Assembly (NCBI GenBank): GCA_035494075.1
Contig: DATJHF010000041.1
Location: 6,237 to 70,236 of the forward strand
Reading direction: 5' to 3'
DNA from: Sphingomicrobium sp.
GTDB lineage: Bacteria; Pseudomonadota; Alphaproteobacteria; Sphingomonadales; Sphingomonadaceae
DNA length: 64,000 bases
This document shows positions 1 to 10,555 of the stretch, piece after piece. The notes under the pieces were generated by a model, which saw only the letters and a list, made by a program, of their open reading frames with translations, did no database searches and was not told the origin of the DNA. How positions within the stretch are numbered: position 1 is the stretch's first letter; each line of letters starts with the position of its first letter. Position numbers and translations under genes: made by a program.

Positions 1-1208
1 CCGAGATAATGGACCATCTCGGTCGTCTTCTCGGGATCGGTGATGAGGCCCGTTGCCCAGAAATAGGTATTGCAGCTGCGCTCGATCGCCGAATGCATGT
101 CCATCGACCCATGCGCCGCGTCGCAGCGGAAATAGCGATTTCCGATCTGGTAGCCGCCCGCGCAGAATACGCGCCTTGCTGGATCGACGCCTTGTTTCAG
201 GAACGCCAGCGCCATTGCCGGCTTGATCGTCGAACCTGACGGATAAAGCCCCTGCGCAACCTTGTTGAGCAGCGGAATATGGTCGTCCTTCGACAGCATT
301 TGCCATTCGGTCCGGCCAATTCCGTCCGAAAAGCTATTGGGGTCGTATGCCGGCATTGAGACGAAGGCCAGCATGTCGCCGCTCGCTACGTCCATTGCGA
401 CCAGGGCCCCGGACTGGTCACCCATCCGCCGCGCCGCATATTCCTGGAGTCCCGCATCGATGGTCAGCTGCACAGTTTGGCCGCTGCGGTCCGGCTTTGG
501 CTCCAGCTCCTTGACCAGCTTGCCCCGCGCCGTGACCTCGACCCGCTGTCCGCCCGGCTGTCCCCGCAACGTACTTTCGAATGACTTTTCAAGTCCGTCC
601 TTGCCGATCTTCACACCCGGGACGAGCAGCAGAGGGTTCTTGTTTTCCTTCTCATATTCCTTGGCCGAGGCGGAGCCGACATAGCCGACCAGGTGCGCAA
701 CAGCCGGACCGGCTGGATAGAAGCGGCTAAATCCGCGCGACGCGGCAACCCCTGGGAGCTCCTGGATCCGGACCATGATCGCGGCATATTTCTCATAAGG
801 AACGTTGTCGCCGACCGCGACCGGCTGGAAGCCGCGCGAGGTCTCCAATTCCTTGTGAATGCGGTCGATCTCGTCGGGCGTCAGGCCGAGGATCTCGGAA
901 ACGGTGCGCACCACGCGCGGCGCATCGACCAGTTGCTGGGGAATGATGTCTACCCGGAAGCTGGACCGGTTGATTGCAATTGGCTTGCCCTTGCGATCGA
1001 TGATCCAGCCGCGCCTGGGCGGCACAGGGATCAGCTGTACCCGGTTGCTCTCGCTAAGCAGCTTGTAATGCTGGTTCTGGGCGACCGAGAGATAGCCGAG
1101 ACGGGCAACCAGGATCCCGCCGAACGCCGCCTGCGCGCCGCTGACCAGCATCATTCGCCGCGAAAAGGTCATCGACTGGTGGGCGGCGGTAAAGCGCGAC
1201 GCTTTCAT
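1..1208 (-). CDS. mrdA: Penicillin-binding protein 2, 5' part (runs off the left edge)
   Basis: Manual translation from ATG at 1208 (ATGA overlap with mreD stop): MKASRFTAAHQSMTFSRR...PPRRGWIIDRKG...YPSGSTIKP (SxxK)...SCN (SxN). Follows mreBCD. Not in ORF track because it lacks a stop in the window. Confidence 0.95.
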   Translation of the reverse strand, partial: MKASRFTAAHQSMTFSRRMMLVSGAQAAFGGILVARLGYLSVAQNQHYKLLSESNRVQLIPVPPRRGWIIDRKGKPIAINRSSFRVDIIPQQLVDAPRVVRTVSEILGLTPDEIDRIHKELETSRGFQPVAVGDNVPYEKYAAIMVRIQELPGVAASRGFSRFYPAGPAVAHLVGYVGSASAKEYEKENKNPLLLVPGVKIGKDGLEKSFESTLRGQPGGQRVEVTARGKLVKELEPKPDRSGQTVQLTIDAGLQEYAARRMGDQSGALVAMDVASGDMLAFVSMPAYDPNSFSDGIGRTEWQMLSKDDHIPLLNKVAQGLYPSGSTIKPAMALAFLKQGVDPARRVFCAGGYQIGNRYFRCDAAHGSMDMHSAIERSCNTYFWATGLITDPEKTTEMVHYL

Positions 1209-1732
1209 CGGCCAAGCCTCCACCGGTCGATCCGCGCCGCAATGAAGGCCGCTCCGGGGAAGCACAGGATGCCGACGACGGTCGCGGGGCCGGCAGTAAC
1301 GCCGAGCGGGACCGGCGCCCCGAGCATCGCCGCGACGCGCCATTGCGCCAGCTCGGCGATGGCGATGAACAGGGCGGCAATGCCCCATTCGATCCAATAG
1401 TCGCGCCACTGGGTGCGGCGATCGAGGATATCCATCGCGATCATCATCGCCGCCCACAAAGCCACCGACAGTCCCATCGGGTTGCCGAGGATCAGGTCAT
1501 TGGCGAACCCAAGCGGCGCCGCCCACCAGGCCGGCCAGGCGTCGGCCCGAAGCAGCCGCCAGGCCACCAGCATCAATAGCCCCCAATCCGGCCACCAGCC
1601 GGTTGCCGAAACGATCGGCAGTAGCGAGATCAACGAGCCGGCGATGACGGTCGCCGCGGGAAGGATTTCGGCGCCGGTTCGCGGGCCCTTGTTGAGCTGC
1701 GCGCCCTTGGGACTGAGCGCCGAGCGGGCCAT
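1205..1732 (-). CDS. mreD: Rod shape-determining protein MreD
   Basis: Multi-TM 175 aa protein between mreC and mrdA; PDWGLLMLVAWRLLR and GFANDLILGNPMG motifs. Confidence 0.9.
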   Translation of the reverse strand: MARSALSPKGAQLNKGPRTGAEILPAATVIAGSLISLLPIVSATGWWPDWGLLMLVAWRLLRADAWPAWWAAPLGFANDLILGNPMGLSVALWAAMMIAMDILDRRTQWRDYWIEWGIAALFIAIAELAQWRVAAMLGAPVPLGVTAGPATVVGILCFPGAAFIAARIDRWRLGR

Positions 1733-2616
1733 CAGGGCGCCTCGACGTCGGGCGTGGCAGCGACGGCCAGGGCAGCCGGCTCGAACGGCGGCTCGACGAT
1801 AGCGAAGCTGACTTTCGACGGGTCGGCGATGGGAATGCCGATGGCTCCGTCGTCATCGAGCCGGATCACCTTGGCGATCGGCACCAGCGGCGGATAAAGG
1901 CCGCCGGTGCCCGACGTGGCGATGACATCGCCGAGCTTGAACGGGTTGCGGCCGACTTCCAGCGGGCGGATGTCGACCGTGCCGTCGCCGCGCCCGGTCG
2001 ATATCACCGGCAGGCCGCCTTTCAGGATTCTCGCCGGGACGATGTTGGCACGATCGCTGACCAGCAGCACCCGGCTGGCGGTCGACCCGGCGTCGATCAC
2101 CCGGCCGATCAAGCCTTCGGGCGCCCGGACCGGCATGCCGATGCGGACGCCATCGCTGGTCCCGACCGAGATGATCGCAAACCGGCGCGGGCTTTCGAAC
2201 GAGGATCCGACGACCCGGCCGGCGGCGATCGTGTCATGGCTTCGTTCGCGCAGCTGCAACGCCGCCTTCAGTTGCTGGTTTTCCTCGAGGATCGCACGCG
2301 CTTCGACCATCCGCCGCATCAGCGCCGCGCGATCTTGCTTCAGCTGGGCGTTCTGGTTGGCCGCATCCCAATAATCGCCCGCGCCGCTCACCAGCCCGGT
2401 GACGGTCGTGGTGACCTCGCGCAGCCCGCCGCTGATCGGGGCCGTGACATCGAGCGCTGCGCCGCGAACCGCGGCGTAGCTTTGCGGCGCGACCAGCGAC
2501 AGGATCAGCAGGAACAGCCCGACGATCAGCCCGGCGATCACCGCCAGGAAACTGAAGAACAGGCTATATTGAGCGCGCCTCGACCAGCCCGGGCGCGGTC
2601 CCGCCGAGGCCGCCAC
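1732..2616 (-). CDS. mreC: Rod shape-determining protein MreC
   Basis: N-terminal TM, coiled coil (ENQQLKAALQL), GLIGRVIDAG, TSGTGGLYPP; downstream of mreB. Confidence 0.95.
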   Translation of the reverse strand: MAASAGPRPGWSRRAQYSLFFSFLAVIAGLIVGLFLLILSLVAPQSYAAVRGAALDVTAPISGGLREVTTTVTGLVSGAGDYWDAANQNAQLKQDRAALMRRMVEARAILEENQQLKAALQLRERSHDTIAAGRVVGSSFESPRRFAIISVGTSDGVRIGMPVRAPEGLIGRVIDAGSTASRVLLVSDRANIVPARILKGGLPVISTGRGDGTVDIRPLEVGRNPFKLGDVIATSGTGGLYPPLVPIAKVIRLDDDGAIGIPIADPSKVSFAIVEPPFEPAALAVAATPDVEAP

Positions 2617-2629
2617 CGCTCAGAATCTC

Positions 2630-3676
<1,047 letters not shown>

Positions 3677-3829
3677 TTACCCGTCTCTCGCTTGCCTGTT
3701 GGAAAACGGTCCGTCCACCAAGCCGGCCCGATTCACGATTCCTTATCCAAGTCCTTGTGAAAGCGGCATTAATCCTTTTGCAGATTCAGCGCTTCGCAGG
3801 GTGCTTCGGATTGGGCTACGGAGGTTAAC

Positions 3830-5620
3830 ATGTCAATAAGAAGGCTGCCCTCCGATCTCATCAATCGCATCGCCGCCGGCGAAGTGGTCGAGCGGCCGGC
3901 AAGTGCCTTGAAAGAATTGATAGAAAATTCGCTCGACGCTGGTGCGAAGTCGGTCGCGATTCGGCTGTCGGCGGGCGGCCTCGACCTGGTCGAGGCGGTC
4001 GATGACGGCAGTGGGATGAGCCCCTCCGAAATGAGGCTGGCGCTGGAGCGCCATGCAACTTCCAAGCTGCCCAACGATGCCATCGAAGATGTGCTGAGCT
4101 TCGGCTTTCGCGGCGAGGCCCTGCCATCGATCGCCAGCGTCGCCAGGCTGACTCTGGAGAGCCGGGAGCGCGGATCCGACGGCTGGCGGATACTCATCGA
4201 CCATGGCGAATTGCTTGGGGAGGGGCCGGCCGCGCTTCCTCCCGGGACGCGCGTTCGGGTGGAGGGATTGTTCGACAAGGTACCGGCGCGCCGCAAGTTC
4301 CTGCGCTCGCCGCGGGCCGAATATGCCGCCTGCCTCGATGTCGTGAAGCGGCTGGCGATGGCCCGCCCCGACGTCGCCTTCGCGCTCGACCATGATGGCC
4401 GGCGCAGCCTGTCCGTCCAGCCCTCCGACGGACCGACCCGTGTGGCGGCGCTGCTGAGCCATGAGCTCGACCGCCACGGAATCGGAATCGACTGCGTTCG
4501 TGAGGGACTTAGGCTGACCGGCGTTGCCAGCCTGCCGACGTTCAACCGCGGCATGGCCGACCAGCAATATCTTTTCGTCAATTCGCGCCCGGTAAAGGAC
4601 CGGCTGCTGGTCGGGGCGCTACGGGCCGCTTACCGCGACTTGCTGGCCCGCGATCGCCATCCGGTGGCGGCGCTGTTCGTCGAGGTTCCGACAAGTGAGG
4701 TCGACATCAATGTTCACCCGGCCAAGACCGAGGTTCGGTTCCGCGACCCGGCGGCGGTAAGGGGGCTGATCGTCGGCGGCCTGAAGGCTGCGCTTGATGA
4801 GGCGGGGCACCGCAGCGCGGCTCGCGAACAATTCGCCCGGCCGGCGGCGTGGCAGGTGGAACCTGTCTTGTCACAGCCGGAAGCTCGTCAGTCCAACGCA
4901 AGCGGGAACCCGGAAGTTCTGGATTGGCCCCCCGTATTCGCGGCGGCGACTCCTGAAAATCTTCTCGCGGACAGCAATGTCCTCTTTGGCGGGGCAAAGC
5001 CTGCCGCTCGCGCCGAACCAGCGACCGCGCCAGTGCCTGTTTACCCGCTCGGCGTCGCCAGGGGGCAGGTGGCCGCAACCTACATCGTCGCGGAAGCCGA
5101 AGACGGGCTGGTGATCGTCGACCAGCACGCCGCCCATGAACGGCTGGTGCTCGAGCGGATGCGCAAGGCCTCGAGCGGTGGCGAGGTCGCGCGCCAGGCG
5201 CTGCTGATCCCCGACGTGGTCGAGCTCGACGAGCCGGACTGCGACCGGCTGGAAGCGGCCATCCCCGAACTTGCCGCCCTGGGACTTGAGATCGAACGAT
5301 TCGGGGCGGCCGCCATGCTCGTCCGGGCCACCCCTGCGCCGCTGGGCAAGACGGACGTCGCCGGTCTCCTTGCCGACCTCGCGGCGGAGCTGGCCGAGCT
5401 CGGCTCGGCGCTCAGCCTGCGCGAGAAGCTCGATCATGTCGCTGCAACCATGGCCTGCCACGGGTCGGTTCGGGCCGGGCGGATCCTGTCGGTCGCGGAG
5501 ATGAATGCCCTTCTCCGGGAAATGGAGGTCACGCCGCACAGCGGGCAATGCAACCATGGCCGCCCGACCTGGGTGAAGCTGGCTCATGGCGACATCGAAA
5601 GACTATTTGGCCGCAAATAG
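3830..5620 (+). CDS. mutL: DNA mismatch repair protein MutL
   Basis: NRIAAGEVVERPAS, GFRGEALPSI, DQHAAHER endonuclease motif, ACHGS, CNHGRPT; SD GGAGG upstream. Confidence 0.98.
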   Translation: MSIRRLPSDLINRIAAGEVVERPASALKELIENSLDAGAKSVAIRLSAGGLDLVEAVDDGSGMSPSEMRLALERHATSKLPNDAIEDVLSFGFRGEALPSIASVARLTLESRERGSDGWRILIDHGELLGEGPAALPPGTRVRVEGLFDKVPARRKFLRSPRAEYAACLDVVKRLAMARPDVAFALDHDGRRSLSVQPSDGPTRVAALLSHELDRHGIGIDCVREGLRLTGVASLPTFNRGMADQQYLFVNSRPVKDRLLVGALRAAYRDLLARDRHPVAALFVEVPTSEVDINVHPAKTEVRFRDPAAVRGLIVGGLKAALDEAGHRSAAREQFARPAAWQVEPVLSQPEARQSNASGNPEVLDWPPVFAAATPENLLADSNVLFGGAKPAARAEPATAPVPVYPLGVARGQVAATYIVAEAEDGLVIVDQHAAHERLVLERMRKASSGGEVARQALLIPDVVELDEPDCDRLEAAIPELAALGLEIERFGAAAMLVRATPAPLGKTDVAGLLADLAAELAELGSALSLREKLDHVAATMACHGSVRAGRILSVAEMNALLREMEVTPHSGQCNHGRPTWVKLAHGDIERLFGRK

Positions 5621-5909
5621 CCTAAATAGGCAGCCTGGATCTAATCGAATGGCGTGAATTTCGGCCCATCGCGAAATTTTTTCGCGCTATCCAAGCTTTT
5701 GACTTTGCTCCGGAACTCCCGCGTTCGCGATGACTTGGGCAAGTCTCGTTCATTGAAGGGACAAGTGAAGCGCCCAAATGAGCGGGCGGGGGTGCCGGTC
5801 CACACGGCATTAACAGGAAATGGCGGATTTGCTCGTGTTTCGGGTGATTCCGGTGTGGTCCCCGCTTGTCCCTTCGTCCTGAAGGGATGCCAAATAATGG
5901 AGTATTGTT

Positions 5910-6458
5910 GTGAAAAAGATTCTTCTTGCGACGGCCGCTACGGCCGCAGTTCTCGGCGCAACGCCGGCGTTCGCCCAGGCCGCTTCGGCTGCTCCGGTCG
6001 GGCCGCGTGTCGAGGCGGTGGTAGGCTATGACCGGGTCAAGGCCCTCGGCGAAAAGGACGGCGGAGCGCTGCTCGGCGTCGGTGCCGGCTATGACTTCGC
6101 GGTCGGCAGCGGCGTTTCGCTTGGCGCCGACATCGAAGCCACGGAGTCCACCCAGAAGGAAAGCGCTGGCGGAGCTTCGGTCAAGGCAGGTCGGGACCTC
6201 TACGCCGGCGGCCGCGTCAGCTTCGCGGTAAGCCCGTCGGCCAACCTCTACGTCAAGGCCGGCTACACCAACGCCCGGTTCAAGGCGGATGACGGCGTCG
6301 ACAGCTTCGCCGAGAATTTCGACGGCTATCGCGTCGGCGCTGGCGGCCAGCTGGCGATCAGCGGCAAGGCCTATGTCGGCGGCGAATACCGCTATTCCAA
6401 CTATGAGCACGGCCTGTCACGCAATCAGGTTGCGCTGACGCTCGGCACTCGCTTCTAG
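5910..6458 (+). CDS. Outer-membrane 8-stranded beta-barrel (porin family / Omp25-like)
   Basis: Signal peptide (AFA-Q), alternating beta-strands (GVGAGYDF, LYVKAGYTNA, EYRYSNY), C-terminal Phe. Confidence 0.85.
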   Translation: MKKILLATAATAAVLGATPAFAQAASAAPVGPRVEAVVGYDRVKALGEKDGGALLGVGAGYDFAVGSGVSLGADIEATESTQKESAGGASVKAGRDLYAGGRVSFAVSPSANLYVKAGYTNARFKADDGVDSFAENFDGYRVGAGGQLAISGKAYVGGEYRYSNYEHGLSRNQVALTLGTRF

Positions 6459-6473
6459 GCGAACCGCAATCGG

Positions 6474-6507
6474 AAGGGGCGCCCGGAATATCGGGCGTCC
6501 CTTTTTT
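6474..6507 (+). terminator. Rho-independent terminator of the OMP gene
   Basis: AAGGGGCGCCCG-gaatat-CGGGCGTCCCTT stem followed by a T run. Confidence 0.85.
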
Positions 6508-6566
6508 GCGGATTTTTCGACCAACTGCTGCTAGGCTGGCGGGCCTTCCTCACCGGGAGATCGACC

Positions 6567-6740
6567 ATGAGCGAATATGACAAAAGCTATTTCGCACGTC
6601 GCGCTGCCGAGGAGGCCGAGTTGGCATTGAGCGCCGAAGATCCGGATGCCGCCGAAAGCCATCGCCGGCTGCAGCGCGCCTACACTGAGCGAGCCTCGAT
6701 TGGTGAGCGGGTGGCCGAGACTGCCGACATCATCGGCTAG
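6567..6740 (+). CDS. Small 57-aa hypothetical protein (below ORF-track cutoff)
   Basis: SD GGGAG at 6555-6559; MSEYDKSYFARRAAEEAELALSAEDPDAAESHRRLQRAYTERASIGERVAETADIIG*; helical-hairpin pattern; stop shares CTAG with ilvC stop. Confidence 0.75.
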   Translation: MSEYDKSYFARRAAEEAELALSAEDPDAAESHRRLQRAYTERASIGERVAETADIIG

Positions 6741-7702
6741 CCGATCAGTTTTTTCCTTGCCTGTTCGACGCGGAGGCTGCGCGCCTTTTCCCTTGCGTCG
6801 CGCAGCCGCGGATAGCCCGATGCTTCCTCGTCACTCAGCACATCGGTGAAGCGTCCGGCGCGAATTTCCGCCATAACCGCCTTCATCCGCTCCCGCACAC
6901 CATCGTCTATGATGCGAGAGCCGCCGAGGACCGCGCCAAGCTCCGCCGTATTGCTGATGGCCTCGCGCATCCCGGCAATCCCTCGCGCTTCGATCAGCTC
7001 GGCAATCAGCTGCAGCTCGCCGACGCATTCCATGTAGGCGACTTCCTCGCTTACCCCCGCCTCGACCAGCGTATCGAAGCCGGCGATGAGGATTTGCGGT
7101 ACCGCGCCCCACACCACCGCCTGCTCGTTGAACAGGTCTGCCTCGCATTCTTCGGCGAAGGTTGAGCGCAGGATCGCGGCCCGGCCGCAGCCCAGCGCGC
7201 CGCCATAGGCGAGGGCGATCGCCTCGGCTCGCCCGCTCACATCCTGGGCAACGGCGGCCAGGGCGACCATCCCTTTGCCTTCAAGGTATAGCGACCGCAG
7301 CGCCGTTCCCGGTCCCTTGGGCGCAAGCATGAACACATCGAGGTCCGCGCGCGGAATGATGAATCCGAAGCGAATGGCGAGCCCATGGCTGAACCCGAGA
7401 GCGGCGCCTTCGCGAATCTGCGGTTCGACCTCGCGGTAGATGGCCGCCAGTACTTCGTCTGGAGCGAGCAGCATCAGAACATCCGCCGACGCCGTCGCTT
7501 CCGCCAGTGACGCGGTGGCGATGCCGTCCGCGCGCGCGCCGTTCACGCTCGGCGAGCCGTCGCGCAGCCCGACCACCACATCGATCCCGCTGTCGTTGAG
7601 GTTCAGCGCCTGGGCGCGGCCCTGGTTGCCATAGCCGATGATCGCCACCCGCTTGCCCTCGAGCGGCGTGGGATCGATGTCGGCATCGCGGAATGCGTCC
7701 AT
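6737..7702 (-). CDS. ilvC: Ketol-acid reductoisomerase family protein (divergent)
   Basis: GYGNQG Rossmann motif, LAPDE, HGL, APKGPG, DLFNEQ, SNTAE. Confidence 0.9.
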   Translation of the reverse strand: MDAFRDADIDPTPLEGKRVAIIGYGNQGRAQALNLNDSGIDVVVGLRDGSPSVNGARADGIATASLAEATASADVLMLLAPDEVLAAIYREVEPQIREGAALGFSHGLAIRFGFIIPRADLDVFMLAPKGPGTALRSLYLEGKGMVALAAVAQDVSGRAEAIALAYGGALGCGRAAILRSTFAEECEADLFNEQAVVWGAVPQILIAGFDTLVEAGVSEEVAYMECVGELQLIAELIEARGIAGMREAISNTAELGAVLGGSRIIDDGVRERMKAVMAEIRAGRFTDVLSDEEASGYPRLRDAREKARSLRVEQARKKLIG

Positions 7703-7711
7703 AAGCCTTGG

Positions 7712-8644
7712 CTAGCCCGCCGCGCCGAGCAGCGCCAGCGCGCGATGGATCGCAGGCCCCTCTGGCGGATCATGGAATCGCGCCCAGCCGGGCGGAGGCT
7801 GGTGGGCGAACCACGTATATTGCCGCTTGGCGTAGCGCCGCGTCGACTGCTGGCCGGCGGCGATCGCCCGGTCGAGAGACCATTCTCCCCGCAGATGCGC
7901 GCCGAGTTCCGGCACGCCAATCGCCCGCATGATCGGCAGCTTGGGGTCAAGCTTGCACTCCAGCAGCGCCTCGACTTCGGCCAGCGCGCCTTGTTCCACC
8001 ATCCTTGCGAACCGCCGGTCGCACCGCTCGTACAGCCAGGGGCGGGGCGGGAGCAGCACTACCGGTCTCAACTCTATTTCCCCGCCAATCCCGCCTTCGC
8101 GGTGCCCTTGCCAGTCTGCGAGCGTTTTCCCTGTCGACTTCACCACTTCCAGCGCCCGTGCGATCCTCGTGGTGTCGCCGGGATTGAGCGCCGCCGCCGC
8201 CACCGGATCGAGCGGCGCCAGCTCGGCAAGATTCTCGGCGACCCCTTTGCCGCGCACTCGCGCGCGTATTTCCGGATCGATCGGCGGGATCGGTGCGATG
8301 CCGTCCAGCAAGGTCCTGAGATACAGGCCGGTGCCGCCGGCAAGGATCGGCAGCCGGCCCTCGCCATGCAGCCTGGCAATCTCCCCCTTGGCCATTTCGG
8401 CCCAATCGGCCGCCGAGCAAGCCTGCGTCCCTTCAAGGACTCCGTAGAGCCGATGTTCCGCTCTTGCCCGGTCCTCTTTGGAGGGCGCCGCCGAAAGGAT
8501 CGGCAGGTCGCGATAGACTTGCGCGCTGTCGGCATTGACGATCGCCCCGCCGCTTGCCTCGGCCAGGCGAAGTGCCAGCTCCGACTTGCCGCTGGCGGTC
8601 GGACCGGCGATGAGAGCGACAGGAGGACGCTTTTCTTTGGCCAT
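7712..8644 (-). CDS. miaA: tRNA dimethylallyltransferase
   Basis: GPTASGKS, NADSAQVY, GGTGLYL, AIGVPE, TRRYAKRQYTWF; start placed at ATG 8644 (MAKEKRPPVALIAG). Confidence 0.96.
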   Translation of the reverse strand: MAKEKRPPVALIAGPTASGKSELALRLAEASGGAIVNADSAQVYRDLPILSAAPSKEDRARAEHRLYGVLEGTQACSAADWAEMAKGEIARLHGEGRLPILAGGTGLYLRTLLDGIAPIPPIDPEIRARVRGKGVAENLAELAPLDPVAAAALNPGDTTRIARALEVVKSTGKTLADWQGHREGGIGGEIELRPVVLLPPRPWLYERCDRRFARMVEQGALAEVEALLECKLDPKLPIMRAIGVPELGAHLRGEWSLDRAIAAGQQSTRRYAKRQYTWFAHQPPPGWARFHDPPEGPAIHRALALLGAAG

Positions 8645-9503
8645 TGCGACGCTGATAGCAGCCGGACGGCTCGACGAAAGACTGCTGGCAGCGGCGCTCG
8701 CCCGGCTTCCCGGAACGCGCCTGCTGCAATGGATCGATCGGGGCGCCGCCGCAGACATCGAGTGCGAGGCCGAGCTGGCCGCGATCCGCAGCGCCTATGA
8801 GGGCTGGGAAGCGGTCGACGTCGTCGCCCACCCGCCGGGCCCGCGCGGGAAGCGCCTGCTCGTCGCCGACATGGATTCGACCATGATCGGGCAGGAGTGC
8901 ATCGACGAGCTGGCCGACTATGCCGGCCTCAAGCCGGAGGTCGCGGCCATCACCGAGCGCGCAATGCACGGCGAGCTCGACTTCGCCAGCGCCCTGGAGG
9001 AGCGCGTCGCCCTGCTCAATGGACTGGACCAAGCCGTCATCAAGCAGTGCCTGGCCGAGCGGATCCGGCCCAACCCAGGTGCGGCCACCCTGGTTCGGAC
9101 GATGCGCGCCCGGGGCGCCGAGACCATCCTTGTCTCCGGCGGCTTTACGGCCTTCGTCGCACCGATCGCCGGGCAAATCGGGTTCGACCGGTTTGAGGCC
9201 AATATCCTTGGCGCCCGCGGCGGCAAGCTGACCGGCGCGACCGAAGGACGCGTGGTCGATTCCCGCGTCAAGCATGACGTGCTGGTCGAAGCTCGTGCCC
9301 GCCTGGGCCTTGCGCATGAGGACACGCTGGCAATCGGCGACGGCGCCAATGACATTCCGATGGTCAGGGAAGCGGGCCTTGGCGTCGCCTATCGCGCCAA
9401 GCCGGCGCTCGCCCTGGTTGCCGACGCGCGGCTCGATCACCATGGGCTCGACGCTTTGCTTTGGGCGCAGGCAATTCCCCGCGCCGAGTGGGTCGCGGGC
9501 TAG
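8637..9503 (+). CDS. serB: Phosphoserine phosphatase (HAD)
   Basis: DMDST motif I, ECIDELAD, VSGGF, GDGANDIPM; TTG start at 8637 inferred from AGGAGG at 8621-8626. Confidence 0.93.
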   Translation: MAIATLIAAGRLDERLLAAALARLPGTRLLQWIDRGAAADIECEAELAAIRSAYEGWEAVDVVAHPPGPRGKRLLVADMDSTMIGQECIDELADYAGLKPEVAAITERAMHGELDFASALEERVALLNGLDQAVIKQCLAERIRPNPGAATLVRTMRARGAETILVSGGFTAFVAPIAGQIGFDRFEANILGARGGKLTGATEGRVVDSRVKHDVLVEARARLGLAHEDTLAIGDGANDIPMVREAGLGVAYRAKPALALVADARLDHHGLDALLWAQAIPRAEWVAG

Positions 9504-10411
9504 GGCCCGCCGACCGGGAAGCAAGGCTGGGGCGCAAGCTTCGCACAGGCCGACGTCGCCGCCGCGCGGCTTTCAAATGGCCCCACCTGCAATCTGACGA
9601 CCGCTCCCGCGGGCACATAATAGGCCTGCCGCCCTGCCAATTTGCCCGAGAGTTTGCCGAACAGCGCCTCGGCCGATTTGCGCTGGCCGAACGCGCCCAG
9701 CTGGATCCGCCACTTGCCGCGTGCCGCTACCACGGGCTTGGCAGGGGCCGCCGGCGCCGCAGCAGGCTTTGCCGGGGCCGGCTTCGGTGCGCTTGGCTTC
9801 GGTACGGCCGGCTTTGCAGTGGCGACCTTCGCCGGCGGGCTAGGCGCGGCAGGCTTCTTCGCCACCATCGACTGCGCGAGCGCAATGCCCTTCTGCCGCT
9901 GGTCGAGCGGCATCGCCGCGTCCATATCCGCCAGCGTCGCCTGGGCCGGCGCCAATCCTTGCGCCGCCGCACGGCTGACATAGGCATAAGCGGTGACCGG
10001 ATCGGCCTGGACGCCGTCGCCATTGTAAAGCGCCGTGCCGACGATCAGCAGCGCTCGCGCCTCGCCCGCCTCGGCCGCCGATTTCAGCCAGCGCATGCCC
10101 GTCACCCGGTTGCCGTTCTGGAACAGCAGCAAGCCGAGGGTCGCCTGCGCGTCGACATGGCCCTTGCGCGCCGCCCGTTCGAGCCAATCCTGCGCCTGGG
10201 CCAGGTCAAGCGGCACTCCCTTGCCCAGCCGATAGGCCTGGCCAAGGTTGAACGCCGCGTCGGGATCGCCCTTTTCCGCCAGCGGACGCCAGATAGCGAC
10301 GGCGCCGGCAGTGTCGCCCTTCTGCCACGCTTCGATCCCCGATTTCACATTCTGGCCCGCGGCGGGCAGCGCGATCGACCCAAGTGCCAGCGCCATCAAC
10401 AACTTACGCAT
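9500..10411 (-). CDS. Exported Sel1-repeat protein with Pro/Ala/Lys linker and C-terminal SPOR domain
   Basis: Signal peptide; Sel1 repeats (LAEKGDPDAAFNLGQAYRLGKGVP); SPOR (WRIQLGAF...RLQVGPFESRAAATSAC). Confidence 0.88.
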   Translation of the reverse strand: MRKLLMALALGSIALPAAGQNVKSGIEAWQKGDTAGAVAIWRPLAEKGDPDAAFNLGQAYRLGKGVPLDLAQAQDWLERAARKGHVDAQATLGLLLFQNGNRVTGMRWLKSAAEAGEARALLIVGTALYNGDGVQADPVTAYAYVSRAAAQGLAPAQATLADMDAAMPLDQRQKGIALAQSMVAKKPAAPSPPAKVATAKPAVPKPSAPKPAPAKPAAAPAAPAKPVVAARGKWRIQLGAFGQRKSAEALFGKLSGKLAGRQAYYVPAGAVVRLQVGPFESRAAATSACAKLAPQPCFPVGGP

Positions 10412-10484
10412 AATATCCAAACCTTCGTCCGGCCCCGCGCTGCACCCTAACCAGCAGCCGAACCGCCAACAAGGCCGAGCCTAG

Positions 10485-10499
10485 TTAACCAGTTTTTAG
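10485..10499. promoter_or_regulatory. Putative CtrA-binding box between the divergent SPOR and parA genes
   Basis: TTAA-CCAGTTT-TTAG, one mismatch from TTAA-N7-TTAA; reads CTAA-N7-TTAAC on the minus strand. Confidence 0.6.
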
Positions 10500-10555
10500 G
10501 GCCTTTGCTGTCAGGTGGCGTCAAATCTTACGTCTTCTTGCGCAAGGGGAATGGA

